A stretch of 64,000 nt of DNA from Candidatus Limnocylindrales bacterium. GTDB lineage: Bacteria; Chloroflexota; Limnocylindria; Limnocylindrales; CSP1-4. Positions 20,031 to 29,296 of this stretch are shown here, piece after piece. The DNA is taken from NCBI GenBank assembly GCA_038230295.1, contig JBBRNM010000004.1, positions 2,235-66,234 on the forward strand. Direction: 5' to 3'. The first letter of the stretch is position 1; each line of letters begins with the position of its first letter. Position numbers and translations under genes: made by a program. The notes below the pieces were generated by a model, which saw only the letters and a list, made by a program, of their open reading frames with translations, ran no database searches and had not been told where the DNA came from.

Positions 20031-20086
20031 TGCCCAGAGTTGCGACGGATGGCCGTCGCGGGATCGCTGCTCGCTCGGGTGGTCGG

Positions 20087-21097
20087 TCAGGAGCCCTCGC
20101 TGCGGACCATGGCGATCGCGTTCTCGAGTCGAAGCTTCGCGATGGTCAGGTACTTCGCCAGGTTCGCCCGGTCCACGGCCCCGATCGACATCACGACATC
20201 GGGTGACCGAAGGACGTCGAGGACGGCCTCGACGCCATCCGCGAGCTGCTGCTTGGCGGTGACGAGCGAGTCGTCTCGGAGCGGTGCTGCGGCCTTGCGC
20301 CGGCCGGTCCATGCGGCGTCCGCCTCCGCCTCCGTGTCGTCGGTCGGCTCCCCGACGGCCGTGTTGTCGTTCTCGATTGCGACGACCGATCGCGGCCGGC
20401 GACCCTCGATCTTCTCGCGCAGCTTGATGAGCGTCAGCTCGCCCCGAGCCACCTGATCCGTCAGGCGCTTCCGCTTCTTCGGGTCCTCGATCTTCATCAG
20501 CTCGTAGGCGTGCGAAAGGGTGTCTTTGCGCAAGGACACCAACTCTCGAACCTCTGCAGGCGCGTCGGCGAGCCGCAGCCGGTTCTCGAGGTAGCCCTTG
20601 TCCTTGCCGAGCTTCTGAGCGAGCTTCCGCACCGAGTAGCCATGTTCGTGGACCATGCGGTCGAACATACCGGCCTCGTCGAGGGGCGAGAGATCCTCGC
20701 GCTGGAGGTTCTCGATGATCGAGATCTCGAGCGCGGTGTCGTCGTCGATGTCCTCGACGAGTGCCGGGATGGTGGCCAGGCCGGCGACCTTGGAGGCTCG
20801 CCAGCGCCGCTCGCCGGCGATGAGCTGGAACTGATTGTCGTCCAGCGGCCGGACGAGGATCGGCTGCAGAACGCCGTGCTCCCGGATGGACGCGGCAAGC
20901 TCCTCGATCGTCGATTGGTCGATGACCATCCGGGGCTGCTGCGGGTTCGGGACGATGCGATCGACGTCGATGGTTCGGACACCGCGCGACGAGCGACCCT
21001 GGCGATCGTTCGACAGGAGGCTGACGATGGCGGGAGAGAGCTCACGCTCCTCCGAGAGGCGACGCGCGGCCGCCGCGCGGAAATCAGTTCTGGCCAA
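20087..21097 (-). CDS. parB: Chromosome partitioning protein ParB (Spo0J family) with a divergent HTH and a long C-terminus
   Basis: IVPNPQQPRMVIDQSTIEELAASIREHGVLQPILVRP...LIAGERRWRASKVAG (GERR arginine patch). Start placed at TTG 21097 (GAGGTGG upstream), overlapping the parA stop by 14 nt. The track start at 21157 is less likely. Confidence 0.9.
   Translation of the reverse strand: MARTDFRAAAARRLSEERELSPAIVSLLSNDRQGRSSRGVRTIDVDRIVPNPQQPRMVIDQSTIEELAASIREHGVLQPILVRPLDDNQFQLIAGERRWRASKVAGLATIPALVEDIDDDTALEISIIENLQREDLSPLDEAGMFDRMVHEHGYSVRKLAQKLGKDKGYLENRLRLADAPAEVRELVSLRKDTLSHAYELMKIEDPKKRKRLTDQVARGELTLIKLREKIEGRRPRSVVAIENDNTAVGEPTDDTEAEADAAWTGRRKAAAPLRDDSLVTAKQQLADGVEAVLDVLRSPDVVMSIGAVDRANLAKYLTIAKLRLENAIAMVRSEGS
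20520..20539. repeat. Palindromic motif copy A: GTGTCTTTGCGCAAGGACAC (inside parB)
   Basis: Read directly. It is the exact reverse complement of copy B and encodes VSLRKDT of ParB. Confidence 0.9.
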
Positions 21098-21854
21098 GGT
21101 CGACCACCTCCCGGGCAAGCTCGCGATAGGTTCGTGCCGCCTCCGAGTGGCCGGCATAGACGGTGATGGGTCGGCCCACGAGCGGCGCCTCGCCGAGCTT
21201 TACCGTCGTGCGAACGATCGACGTGAAGACATGGTGATCGCCCACCACGCGGAGCTCTTCGAGCATGTCCCGTGCCAGGTTCGTGCGACCGTCAAAGAAC
21301 GTGGGCAGGAGGCCCAGGATCTTGAGCCGGCGGTTGAGCTTGAGGCGAATCGCGTTGATGACCTTGACGAGGTTGTTCAAGCCCTTCATCGCGTAGTACT
21401 GCGTCTGGACCGGGATGATGACGCCGTCGGCGGCGACGAGTCCGTTCACCGTGAGCAGGCCGAGGTTCGGTGGGCAATCGATGAGGGCGTAGTCGTAGCG
21501 TTTTCGCAGCCGACCATCGAGCGCGTCGCGGAGGAGTGATTCGCGACCCAGCATCGTGAACAGCTCCCCTTCCGTCGCGGCGAGGTCGATGTGCGACGGC
21601 GCGACGTCGATCCCCTCGGTCTCGGTCGCGCGGATGATCTCGTCGATCGTCGCCCGGCCCACGAGCACATCGGCCATCGACGTCTCGACCGTGTTTAGAT
21701 TGATGCCGAGTCCTGCGGTGAGGTTCGCCTGCGGATCCATGTCGATGCACAGGATGCGAAGGCCGTCTTCCGCGAGCGCCCCCGCCAGGTTGATCGTCGT
21801 TGTCGTTTTGCCGACCCCGCCCTTTTGATTGGCGATTGCGATCACGTTGGTCAC
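21084..21854 (-). CDS. parA: Chromosome partitioning ATPase ParA/Soj
   Basis: Deviant Walker [24 protein letters not shown] start with GAGGTGAG upstream. Confidence 0.95.
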   Translation of the reverse strand: MTNVIAIANQKGGVGKTTTTINLAGALAEDGLRILCIDMDPQANLTAGLGINLNTVETSMADVLVGRATIDEIIRATETEGIDVAPSHIDLAATEGELFTMLGRESLLRDALDGRLRKRYDYALIDCPPNLGLLTVNGLVAADGVIIPVQTQYYAMKGLNNLVKVINAIRLKLNRRLKILGLLPTFFDGRTNLARDMLEELRVVGDHHVFTSIVRTTVKLGEAPLVGRPITVYAGHSEAARTYRELAREVVDLGQN

Positions 21855-21972
21855 CGGAGACTCACCTCTGCTTCGGGGCTGCCCTCGCGGCGGCGGGGGA
21901 TTGCGGGCGCTGATTCGAGCGGCGGCCGGGGCGTCGATCGTACCTCACGGAGCATCGAGCGGAGGCAACGAC

Positions 21973-21981
21973 TTATCCACA
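21973..21981 (+). promoter_or_regulatory. DnaA box, perfect consensus TTATCCACA
   Basis: Read directly in the parA/pccB divergent intergenic region, 119 nt upstream of the parA start. Confidence 0.6.
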
Positions 21982-22005
21982 GGATGGCCGAGTTGTGCAC
22001 CGAAG

Positions 22006-22014
22006 TGTGGATAG
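22006..22014 (-). promoter_or_regulatory. DnaA box in inverted orientation (TGTGGATAG = CTATCCACA, 8/9)
   Basis: Read directly, 24 nt from the first box, so the two boxes face each other. Confidence 0.55.
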
Positions 22015-22100
22015 TCAGGCTGCCCGTCGATATGCCGAAACGACGCTCGGACGCGTCACACGCGCGGACTATCATGGCGCCACATCCGCTGCCGATGCGG

Positions 22101-22120
22101 GTGTCCTTGCGCAAAGACAC
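22101..22120. repeat. Palindromic motif copy B: GTGTCCTTGCGCAAAGACAC (pccB leader or first codons)
   Basis: Read directly; 20/20 reverse complement of copy A. Confidence 0.9.
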
Positions 22121-22142
22121 GCGACCCGACGGAGCAGACGCC

Positions 22143-23696
22143 GTGCCGACGAATGATGAACGACTCGCGCGGCTGGATGAGATGCGCGCCGAATCGCTGC
22201 TCGGTGGCGGTCCGGCGCGAGTCGAGCGCCAGCACGCAGCCGGGAAGCTCACGGCGCGGGAGCGAATCGAGCTCCTGCTCGACCCGGATTCATTCGTCGA
22301 ACTGGACGCCTTCGTCACCCATCGCTCGACGGACTTCGGACTGGCCGATCAGCGTCCGCTCGGCGATGGGGTCGTCACCGGACACGGCGCAATCGATGGT
22401 CGCTCGGTCTTCGTCTTCAGCCAGGACTTCACGGTGTTCGGTGGTTCCCTCTCGGAGGCATACGCCGAGAAGATCTGCAAGGTCGTCGACCTCGCGATGA
22501 AGGTCGGCGCGCCAATCGTTGGACTCAACGATTCCGGAGGCGCCCGAATCCAGGAAGGCGTCGCGTCGCTCGGCGGCTACGCGGAGATCTTCCTGCGCAA
22601 CGTGCTGGCGTCAGGCGTGATTCCGCAGATCTCCGTCGTCCTCGGGCCGTGCGCCGGCGGGGCCGTCTATTCGCCGGCGATGACCGACTTCACCGTGATG
22701 GTCGAAGGGACGAGCTACATGTTCGTGACCGGTCCCAACGTTGTCCGCACCGTGACCCACGAGGAGGTCGACTCCGAATTTCTCGGAGGCGCGATGACCC
22801 ATACGACGAGGAGCGGCGTCGCGCATCTGGCCGCGGCCGACGAAGCCGAAGCGCTCGCCGCCGCGCGACGACTCCTTGGCTTCTTGCCATCGAACAATCT
22901 CGAGCGACCACCGATCGTCGAGACACAGGATCCGCGTGATCGGATGGATGCTGCGCTCGACGCAGTCGTTCCCGACGACGCCGCAACGCCCTACGACATG
23001 CACGAGGTCATCCGGCGCGTCGTCGACGACGGATCGTTCTTCGAGATCCAGCCGGGCTGGGCCGGCAACATCCTGATCGGCTTTGCGCGACTGGGCGGTC
23101 GAGCCATCGGGATCGTCGCGCAGCAGCCGGCCGTCCTTGCTGGGGCGCTGGATATTGATGCATCCGTGAAGGCCGCCCGGTTCGTCCGAACGTGCGATGC
23201 ATTCAACGTCCCGATCGTGTCGTTCGTCGACGTGCCGGGATTCCTGCCCGGCGTCGGGCAGGAGCACGGCGGCATCATCCGCCACGGGGCGAAGCTGCTC
23301 TACGCGTACTGCGAGGCAACGGTTCCCAAGCTGACCGTGATCACCCGTAAGGCTTATGGCGGCGCCTACGACGTCATGAGCAGCAAGCACATTCGCGGCG
23401 ACATGAATTTCGCCTGGCCGAGCGCGGAGATCGCCGTCATGGGCGCCGACGGCGCCGTCGCGATCATCTTCAAAAATGAGATCGCGGCCGCCACGGATCC
23501 TGAGGCGGAGCGGCGGCGCCTCGTCGTGGATTACGAGCGGCAGTTTGCGAACCCCTACATTGCGGCGGCCCGCGGTTACGTGGATGCGGTGATCAAGCCG
23601 TCGGAGACCCGGCCGCGGCTCATCGCCGCCCTGGAGATGCTCGCCGACAAGCGGGACGCCAACCCCAGGAAGAAGCATGGCAACATCCCGCTGTAG
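22143..23696 (+). CDS. pccB: Propionyl-/acyl-CoA carboxylase carboxyltransferase (beta) subunit
   Basis: [50 protein letters not shown]...[11 protein letters not shown]. Start set at GTG 22143 by homology; ATG 22095 or ATG 22074 are possible. The track ORF start at 21825 is rejected. Confidence 0.9.
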   Translation: MPTNDERLARLDEMRAESLLGGGPARVERQHAAGKLTARERIELLLDPDSFVELDAFVTHRSTDFGLADQRPLGDGVVTGHGAIDGRSVFVFSQDFTVFGGSLSEAYAEKICKVVDLAMKVGAPIVGLNDSGGARIQEGVASLGGYAEIFLRNVLASGVIPQISVVLGPCAGGAVYSPAMTDFTVMVEGTSYMFVTGPNVVRTVTHEEVDSEFLGGAMTHTTRSGVAHLAAADEAEALAAARRLLGFLPSNNLERPPIVETQDPRDRMDAALDAVVPDDAATPYDMHEVIRRVVDDGSFFEIQPGWAGNILIGFARLGGRAIGIVAQQPAVLAGALDIDASVKAARFVRTCDAFNVPIVSFVDVPGFLPGVGQEHGGIIRHGAKLLYAYCEATVPKLTVITRKAYGGAYDVMSSKHIRGDMNFAWPSAEIAVMGADGAVAIIFKNEIAAATDPEAERRRLVVDYERQFANPYIAAARGYVDAVIKPSETRPRLIAALEMLADKRDANPRKKHGNIPL

Positions 23697-23697
23697 G

Positions 23698-23717
23698 CCG
23701 TCTTTGCGCAAAGACGG
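23698..23717. repeat. Palindromic motif copy C: CCGTCTTTGCGCAAAGACGG (perfect 20-bp palindrome)
   Basis: Read directly. It starts 2 nt after the pccB stop codon. Confidence 0.9.
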
Positions 23718-23760
23718 TGGCGGCAGGTGACGGTGGCGGCAGGTGACGGTGGCTGCGCCT
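23713..23760. repeat. 16-nt tandem repeat, about 3 units (GACGGTGGCGGCAGGT x2 + GACGGTGGCTGCGCCT)
   Basis: Read directly. The first unit overlaps the right arm of palindrome copy C. Confidence 0.85.
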
Positions 23761-23782
23761 ACGTCACGGGCGCGGCGCCTTC

Positions 23783-25375
23783 GTGAGGGGAGGCGCCCCG
23801 TTCCGTCGCGTCCTCATCGCGAATCGCGGCGAGATCGCGGTTCGCGTGATCCGCGCCTGCCGTGAGCTGGGCATCGAAACCGTCGCGGTCTACAGCGACG
23901 CCGACGCCGGCGCCGCACACGTGTACATGGCGGACCACGCCGTTCGCGTCGGGCCCGCCAATCCGGCCGAGAGCTATCTCCGGATCGACGCGATCGTCGA
24001 CGCCGTCACGGCTTCGGGCGCGGATGCCGTTCATCCGGGGTACGGCTTCCTGTCCGAGCGGGCCGCGTTCGCGCGTGCCGTGGAGGCGGCCGGCGCCGTC
24101 TTCATTGGGCCAAGCCCCGACGTCATCGATGCGCTCGGCGACAAGCTGCACGCGCGCCGGATCGCCCGCGAAGTCGGGGTCCCGTGCGTGCCGGGCTCGC
24201 TCGAGCCGGCCGCAGTCGATCGACCCGACGCGGTCGAGGGCATCCTCGCGCTCGCCACGGAGATCGGCTTCCCATTGCTCGTGAAGGCCGCCGCGGGTGG
24301 CGGCGGCCGGGGGATGCGGCGCGTCGAGGCACCCGAGGCGCTCCCGGCAGCGCTCGCGGCAGGTTCGCATGAGGCTCTGAATGCCTTCGGCGACGGGTCC
24401 GTATACCTGGAACGGGAGCTCCTGCCGGCGCGCCACATCGAGGTCCAGCTCCTGGGCGACTCAACGGGTCGGGTGATCGCCGTGGGGGAACGTGACTGCT
24501 CCCTGCAGCGTCGGCACCAGAAGCTCGTCGAGGAGGCGCCGGCTCCTGGGCTGAGCCCCACCGCTCGCTCGGCCCTCCATGCGCTGGCCGTCCGGGTTGC
24601 GACGGCCGCTGGGCTCACGAACGCGGCGACCTGCGAGTTCCTCCGGACCGAGGACGGCGCGTTCCATTTCCTCGAGGTGAACACCCGACTCCAGGTCGAG
24701 CACGGCGCGACGGAGCTCGTCACCGGGGTCGACATCGTCCAGGAGCAGCTCTTCCTCGCGGCCGGCCGGCCCCTGTCCGAGGCGGCCCTGGCGGCAGCGC
24801 GCGCCGCCGCCGAGCCGGCGTCGCATGCCATCGAGGTCCGGATCTCCGCGGAGGATCCAGGCCACGACTTCTCGCCGACGCCGGGCCGCATCAGCCACTG
24901 GCAGATGCCCGCAGGCCCGGGCGTTCGCGTCGACACAGCGGTTCGGGTGGGGGATCGGGTGCCCCCCGAGTACGACAACTTGATTGCCAAGGTCATGGTG
25001 GTCGCACCGGATCGAGACCACGCCATTGACCGGCTGGGCCGAGCCCTCGACGAGGTCGAGGTCGGCGGGATCCAGACCACGCTCCCGTTCGACCGCTTCG
25101 TCGCTCGCGATGCCTCCTTCCGGGCTGGCCGGCTGAGCACGGGCTGGGTCGAAGAGCACTGGCGAGGCGGTGCCGAGTTCGAGCGCGCGGAACGGCTCGC
25201 GAGGTTCGCGGCCGGCCTCGCCCAGATGTCCGAGGCCGCGGCAATGAGCAAGATGCCGGCCACGGTCACAACCGGGGTGACGAACAGGCCCTCAAGCGGT
25301 TCGCCCGACCCACGTCGTCCCTCCGGCTGGGCGCAGGCCGGCGTCGAGGCGGGCGTGGACCGCTGGCCGGGATGA
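23783..25375 (+). CDS. Biotin carboxylase subunit of acyl-CoA carboxylase (BC domain only, no BCCP)
   Basis: [32 protein letters not shown]...[12 protein letters not shown]...[10 protein letters not shown]. Confidence 0.95.
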   Translation: MRGGAPFRRVLIANRGEIAVRVIRACRELGIETVAVYSDADAGAAHVYMADHAVRVGPANPAESYLRIDAIVDAVTASGADAVHPGYGFLSERAAFARAVEAAGAVFIGPSPDVIDALGDKLHARRIAREVGVPCVPGSLEPAAVDRPDAVEGILALATEIGFPLLVKAAAGGGGRGMRRVEAPEALPAALAAGSHEALNAFGDGSVYLERELLPARHIEVQLLGDSTGRVIAVGERDCSLQRRHQKLVEEAPAPGLSPTARSALHALAVRVATAAGLTNAATCEFLRTEDGAFHFLEVNTRLQVEHGATELVTGVDIVQEQLFLAAGRPLSEAALAAARAAAEPASHAIEVRISAEDPGHDFSPTPGRISHWQMPAGPGVRVDTAVRVGDRVPPEYDNLIAKVMVVAPDRDHAIDRLGRALDEVEVGGIQTTLPFDRFVARDASFRAGRLSTGWVEEHWRGGAEFERAERLARFAAGLAQMSEAAAMSKMPATVTTGVTNRPSSGSPDPRRPSGWAQAGVEAGVDRWPG

Positions 25376-26061
25376 GCCGCTCGACGGAATCGAGGAGCGG
25401 CGGGGCAGGCCCGACGATCGCCCCGACGAACGGCGCCGAGCCCGCCGAGGTCCAACGCGTGCCCGGGGAGGCCGGCCGCTCGAAGCCCGGTGGCGCCGCC
25501 GTTCGGGTCACCCTCGCGCCGGAGCACGGACCTGCCGCGGTGATGACCGTCGAGTGGGGCCGAGCCTCGATGGAAGGCGAGACCCTCTCCGCCGAGCTCC
25601 GCTGGGTCGCCGACGATCGGGCGCGCCTCGAGCCGGATGGCGTCGAGGTGCAATTCATCGAGCCGGCTGATCCTGCCCGCCTGCCGCCCGGCGTGGTTCG
25701 TCGAGAGGTGCTCGTGGGAGGCTGGCGGGTCGTGGTCGACATCGAGTCGGCGACGCGAGCGGAGCTCCGGGAGCGCGCCGGCCGTGCCGACCGCGCCGGG
25801 ATTCGCGGCGTGGCGAGCGAGATGCATGCCATGATCCCCGGGCGCGTGCTGTCGATCGCGGTCGCCGCCGGCGACATCGTCGAGGCCGGTCAGGCGGTCA
25901 TGATCATCGAGGCGATGAAGATGCAGAACGAGCTCCGGGTCCCGCGCGCCGGCGTCGTCAGCCGGATCGCGGTGGCGCCCGGCGGGAGAGTCGAGCTCGG
26001 CGACCTCCTGATCGCGCTCGAAGCACCGTCGGCCGACGCGCCGGGCCCGGCCGCCTCGTGA
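25372..26061 (+). CDS. Biotin carboxyl carrier protein with an N-terminal extension (BT-like region?)
   Basis: C-terminal biotinyl domain [28 protein letters not shown] overlap with the preceding gene. Confidence 0.85.
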   Translation: MSRSTESRSGGAGPTIAPTNGAEPAEVQRVPGEAGRSKPGGAAVRVTLAPEHGPAAVMTVEWGRASMEGETLSAELRWVADDRARLEPDGVEVQFIEPADPARLPPGVVRREVLVGGWRVVVDIESATRAELRERAGRADRAGIRGVASEMHAMIPGRVLSIAVAAGDIVEAGQAVMIIEAMKMQNELRVPRAGVVSRIAVAPGGRVELGDLLIALEAPSADAPGPAAS

Positions 26062-27716
26062 CGGAGGATCCCGGACGGGAGCGATGGCGGAAGACGACGC
26101 AGGCCCGAGCGCTCGAGTCGGCGCCGGAGCGCAAGGAGCGCTTCGAGACGTCCTCGGGCATCGAGATCCGCGACCTCTACACGCCTGCCGAGACCGCCGG
26201 CCTCGACGAGGATCGCGATCTCGGACGCCCCGGGGAGATGCCATACACCCGCGGCGTCCAGGCCACGATGTACCGGAGCCGCCTCTGGACGATGCGCCAG
26301 TACGCCGGCTTCGCCAGCGCCGAGGAGACGAACCGCCGCTTCCGCTATCTCCTCGAGCAGGGCCAGACTGGCCTGTCCGTGGCCTTCGACCTGCCGACCC
26401 AGATGGGCTTCGACTCGGACGCCCCCGAGGCCGAGGGTGAGGTCGGGCGGGTGGGGGTGCCGATCTCGAGCCTGGCGGACATGGAGGTCCTCTTCGACTC
26501 GATCCCGTTGGGGGTCGTCTCCACCTCGATGACGATCAACTCCACGGCGGCGATTCTGGTCGCGCTCTACGTCAGCGCGGCGGAGCGCCAGGGCGTCGCC
26601 CGGGCGGACGTCTCCGGCACGGTCCAGAACGACATCCTGAAGGAGTACATCGCGCGCGGGACCTGGATCTACCCTCCGGCGCCCTCGATGCGTCTCGTGA
26701 CCGACATCTTCGAGTTCGGCGCCCGCGAGCTGCCCCGCTGGAACACGATCTCGATCTCCGGCTACCACATGCGCGAGGCCGGGGCCACCGCCGCCCAGGA
26801 GCTCGCCTTCACGCTCGCCGACGGGATCGCCTACGTCGAAGCCGCCCTGGAGCGGGGCCTCGACATCGACGCCTTCGCGCCGCGGCTGTCCTTCTTCTTC
26901 GCGGCCTGGTCCGAGCTGTTCGAAGAGGTCGCGAAGTTCCGTGCCGCCCGGCGGATGTGGGCCCGGATCGTGAAGGACCGGTTCGGGTCGTCGAACGTCC
27001 GTTCGATGGCCTGTCGGTTCCACGTCCAGACGGCCGGCTCGTCGCTCACGGCGCAGTCCGTGGACAACAACGTCGTCCGGACCACGCTCCAGGCGCTCGC
27101 GGCGGTGCTCGGCGGGGCCCAGAGCCTCCACACGAACTCCCGCGACGAGGCACTCGCGCTGCCGACCGAGAGCAGCGTCCTCCTCGCCCTGCGGACCCAG
27201 CAGATTCTCGCCTACGAGGCGGGGGTGACCGAGACCCCCGATCCGCTCGGCGGGTCGTACTTCGTCGAGTCGCTGACCGACGAGCTCGAGGCTGCCGCGC
27301 TCGAGTACCTCCGCGAGATCGATGCCGCCGGCGGCACCCTCAAGGCGCTCGACGCGGGGTTCCAGCAGCGGGCGATCCAGGAGGCGGCCTATCGGACACA
27401 GCTGGCGGTGGACCGCGGCGATCAGGTGGTCGTGGGCGTGAATCGCTTCCGGGACGAGGAGACGCACACCCCGGCGATCCAGCGGATCGACCCGGACGGG
27501 GAGCGGCGCCAGGTCGAACGCGTCCGGCGTGTCCGGGCCGATCGCGACCCGGCAGCCTGGGCCGCGACGATCCGACGCCTCGAGGACGCGGCCCGCGGGA
27601 CCGAGAATCTCCTGCCGCCGATCATCGAGGCCGTCCAGGCGTACGCGACCGTGGGCGAGATCTCCGATCGCCTTCGGGCGGCCTGGGGCGTCCATCGCGA
27701 GCTGATCACGATCTGA
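26058..27716 (+). CDS. Methylmalonyl-CoA mutase, catalytic (TIM-barrel) subunit without a B12-binding domain
   Basis: [56 protein letters not shown]. At 552 aa it ends before any cobalamin-binding domain. GTGA overlap with the BCCP gene. Confidence 0.95.
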   Translation: MTEDPGRERWRKTTQARALESAPERKERFETSSGIEIRDLYTPAETAGLDEDRDLGRPGEMPYTRGVQATMYRSRLWTMRQYAGFASAEETNRRFRYLLEQGQTGLSVAFDLPTQMGFDSDAPEAEGEVGRVGVPISSLADMEVLFDSIPLGVVSTSMTINSTAAILVALYVSAAERQGVARADVSGTVQNDILKEYIARGTWIYPPAPSMRLVTDIFEFGARELPRWNTISISGYHMREAGATAAQELAFTLADGIAYVEAALERGLDIDAFAPRLSFFFAAWSELFEEVAKFRAARRMWARIVKDRFGSSNVRSMACRFHVQTAGSSLTAQSVDNNVVRTTLQALAAVLGGAQSLHTNSRDEALALPTESSVLLALRTQQILAYEAGVTETPDPLGGSYFVESLTDELEAAALEYLREIDAAGGTLKALDAGFQQRAIQEAAYRTQLAVDRGDQVVVGVNRFRDEETHTPAIQRIDPDGERRQVERVRRVRADRDPAAWAATIRRLEDAARGTENLLPPIIEAVQAYATVGEISDRLRAAWGVHRELITI

Positions 27717-27719
27717 CCG

Positions 27720-28214
27720 ATGCCGATCACCCCACCCGGCAGGGTCCACCACGTCGCCCTGATCGTCCGCTCGATCGAGGCCAGCCTGAGGCTGTACCGG
27801 GACATGCTCGGGATGCCGGTCGAGGCCGTGACCGACATCCCCTCCGACCGCGTCCGGATCGCCTTCCTCGGCATCGGCGAGTCGAAGGTCGAGCTCGTCG
27901 AGCCCACGGATGACACCACGGGCGTTGCCCGCTTCCTGGCCAAGCAGGGTGAGGGCTTCCACCACGTGTGCTTCGAGGTGGCGAACCTGTCGGAGGAGCT
28001 GACTCGCCTCGCGATCGAGGGGATCGAGCTCATCGACAGCGCCCCGCGGCGAGGTGCCGAAGGACCCGTGGCCTTCCTGCACCCGCGGTCGTGCCACGGC
28101 GTGCTGGTGGAGCTGATCGAGGCCCCAGGCGGGCCATCCTGGCGAGCCCTCGGCTACGCGCCGGGCTATAGATCCCAGGGCGGTCTTTGGGCCGTCATCA
28201 GAAACAGCGGGTAG
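27720..28214 (+). CDS. mce: Methylmalonyl-CoA epimerase (VOC fold)
   Basis: VHHVALIVRSIEASLRLYRDMLGM...GEGFHHVCFEV...HGVLVELIE. Confidence 0.9.
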   Translation: MPITPPGRVHHVALIVRSIEASLRLYRDMLGMPVEAVTDIPSDRVRIAFLGIGESKVELVEPTDDTTGVARFLAKQGEGFHHVCFEVANLSEELTRLAIEGIELIDSAPRRGAEGPVAFLHPRSCHGVLVELIEAPGGPSWRALGYAPGYRSQGGLWAVIRNSG

Positions 28215-28798
28215 AGCCGACCTTCGCGCTCGATCTCCGTCGCGCGCTTGAAAGAAACGGGTCCAAATCCGCCATCGCTCGCCAACTTTCGCAAGGCATC
28301 ACGGTCGAAACCGCGGTGGTGGATCCCTCCAGCTCCTGCGTCGTGGAATGACCCATCTTCCGGGTCGAGATCGGCCAGCGCGATCCACCCGCCAGGGCGA
28401 AGGAGATCGTGCGCGGCCCGAAACACGGAGGCGCTGTCCTTGATGTGGTGAAGCATGAGAAGGGACAGCACCAGGTCAAACGTTCCAAGGTTCGACGTCC
28501 GATCAGCGACGACCTCGAATTGGACGGTCCGGACGCTCGACAGATGGCGTCGTTCGACCTTCTCGGCTGCGACCTCGATCATTCCAGCGGATGGATCGGT
28601 CAGCACGAGCTCGGTGAGGCCGTACGGCAGGGCGTCGATGAGCGCCAGGCCGAGGAGACCTGTCCCGGCACCAAGCTCGACCGCACGGGTCGAGCGCCGG
28701 ATCGGGACCGTGGATCGGATGACCTTCGCCACGGCTATGGCCCGGGCGATGTGCTCCTCGGTATCCCACTCGCGAGCCCGCTCGTCGAAGGACGTCAC
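28166..28798 (-). CDS. Class I SAM-dependent methyltransferase
   Basis: Motif I VELGAGTGLLGLAL...DPSAGMIEVA. Converges on mce with a 49-nt overlap. Confidence 0.8.
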   Translation of the reverse strand: MTSFDERAREWDTEEHIARAIAVAKVIRSTVPIRRSTRAVELGAGTGLLGLALIDALPYGLTELVLTDPSAGMIEVAAEKVERRHLSSVRTVQFEVVADRTSNLGTFDLVLSLLMLHHIKDSASVFRAAHDLLRPGGWIALADLDPEDGSFHDAGAGGIHHRGFDRDALRKLASDGGFGPVSFKRATEIEREGRLYPLFLMTAQRPPWDL

Positions 28799-28822
28799 GC
28801 AACGGCCATCACGCGAGGGACG

Positions 28823-29296
28823 TCACGCCAGGGACCACGCGAGCAGGACATCGGTCGACCGATCGGCACGCCGGGCGAACTCGACGATCTCCGCGGCGAG
28901 GTTGCGGATCCAGGGCTTTTCCTCGCGTGGGAGCTCGCCGATCTCCTCCTCGACGAGGTCGATCCAGCGACCGGCGATCGCGTCGATCTGGGCGTCGTCG
29001 GTCCGGGCGATCGCGGTGATCCAGGCCGGATCGATCCGTTCGATCGTCGTGCCGGCCTCGTCGGCCGGCCCATCGAGCTCGGTCCGGGCATCGATGAAGT
29101 CCCGGGGCTGGGCGCGCCCGGTGACGGCTCGGATCGCCTCGCTGTAGAGATCGAGCCAGGTGGGGTCGAGGACGCCACCGAGCGAAAGATGCGCCGGAAA
29201 TCGAGCCCGGTCGTCGAGCCCAGCGCGATCATCGACGGCGATCGCGACCAGGATGTCGCGGCTATCGCCGGCCACGAGCTCCATCCGGAACGGCAT
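28823..29296 (-). CDS. Hypothetical protein (157 aa, acidic)
   Basis: Coding-like composition: MPFRMELVAGDSRDILVAIAVDD...WIDLVEEEIGELPREEKPWIRNLAAEIVEFARRA. No family recognised. Confidence 0.55.
   Translation of the reverse strand: MPFRMELVAGDSRDILVAIAVDDRAGLDDRARFPAHLSLGGVLDPTWLDLYSEAIRAVTGRAQPRDFIDARTELDGPADEAGTTIERIDPAWITAIARTDDAQIDAIAGRWIDLVEEEIGELPREEKPWIRNLAAEIVEFARRADRSTDVLLAWSLA

Noticed and set aside
21855-22142. Possibility that the parA/pccB intergenic region is oriC itself
   Set aside because: It has only two DnaA boxes, no AT-rich unwinding element, and no dnaA/dnaN nearby in the window. It is reported only as a DnaA-box pair.
24031-28097. Two minus-strand ORFs of 737 aa and 735 aa (24031..26244 and 25890..28097)
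   Set aside because: They are antisense to the biotin carboxylase, BCCP and methylmalonyl-CoA mutase genes. They are Arg/Pro/Gly-rich with no motifs.
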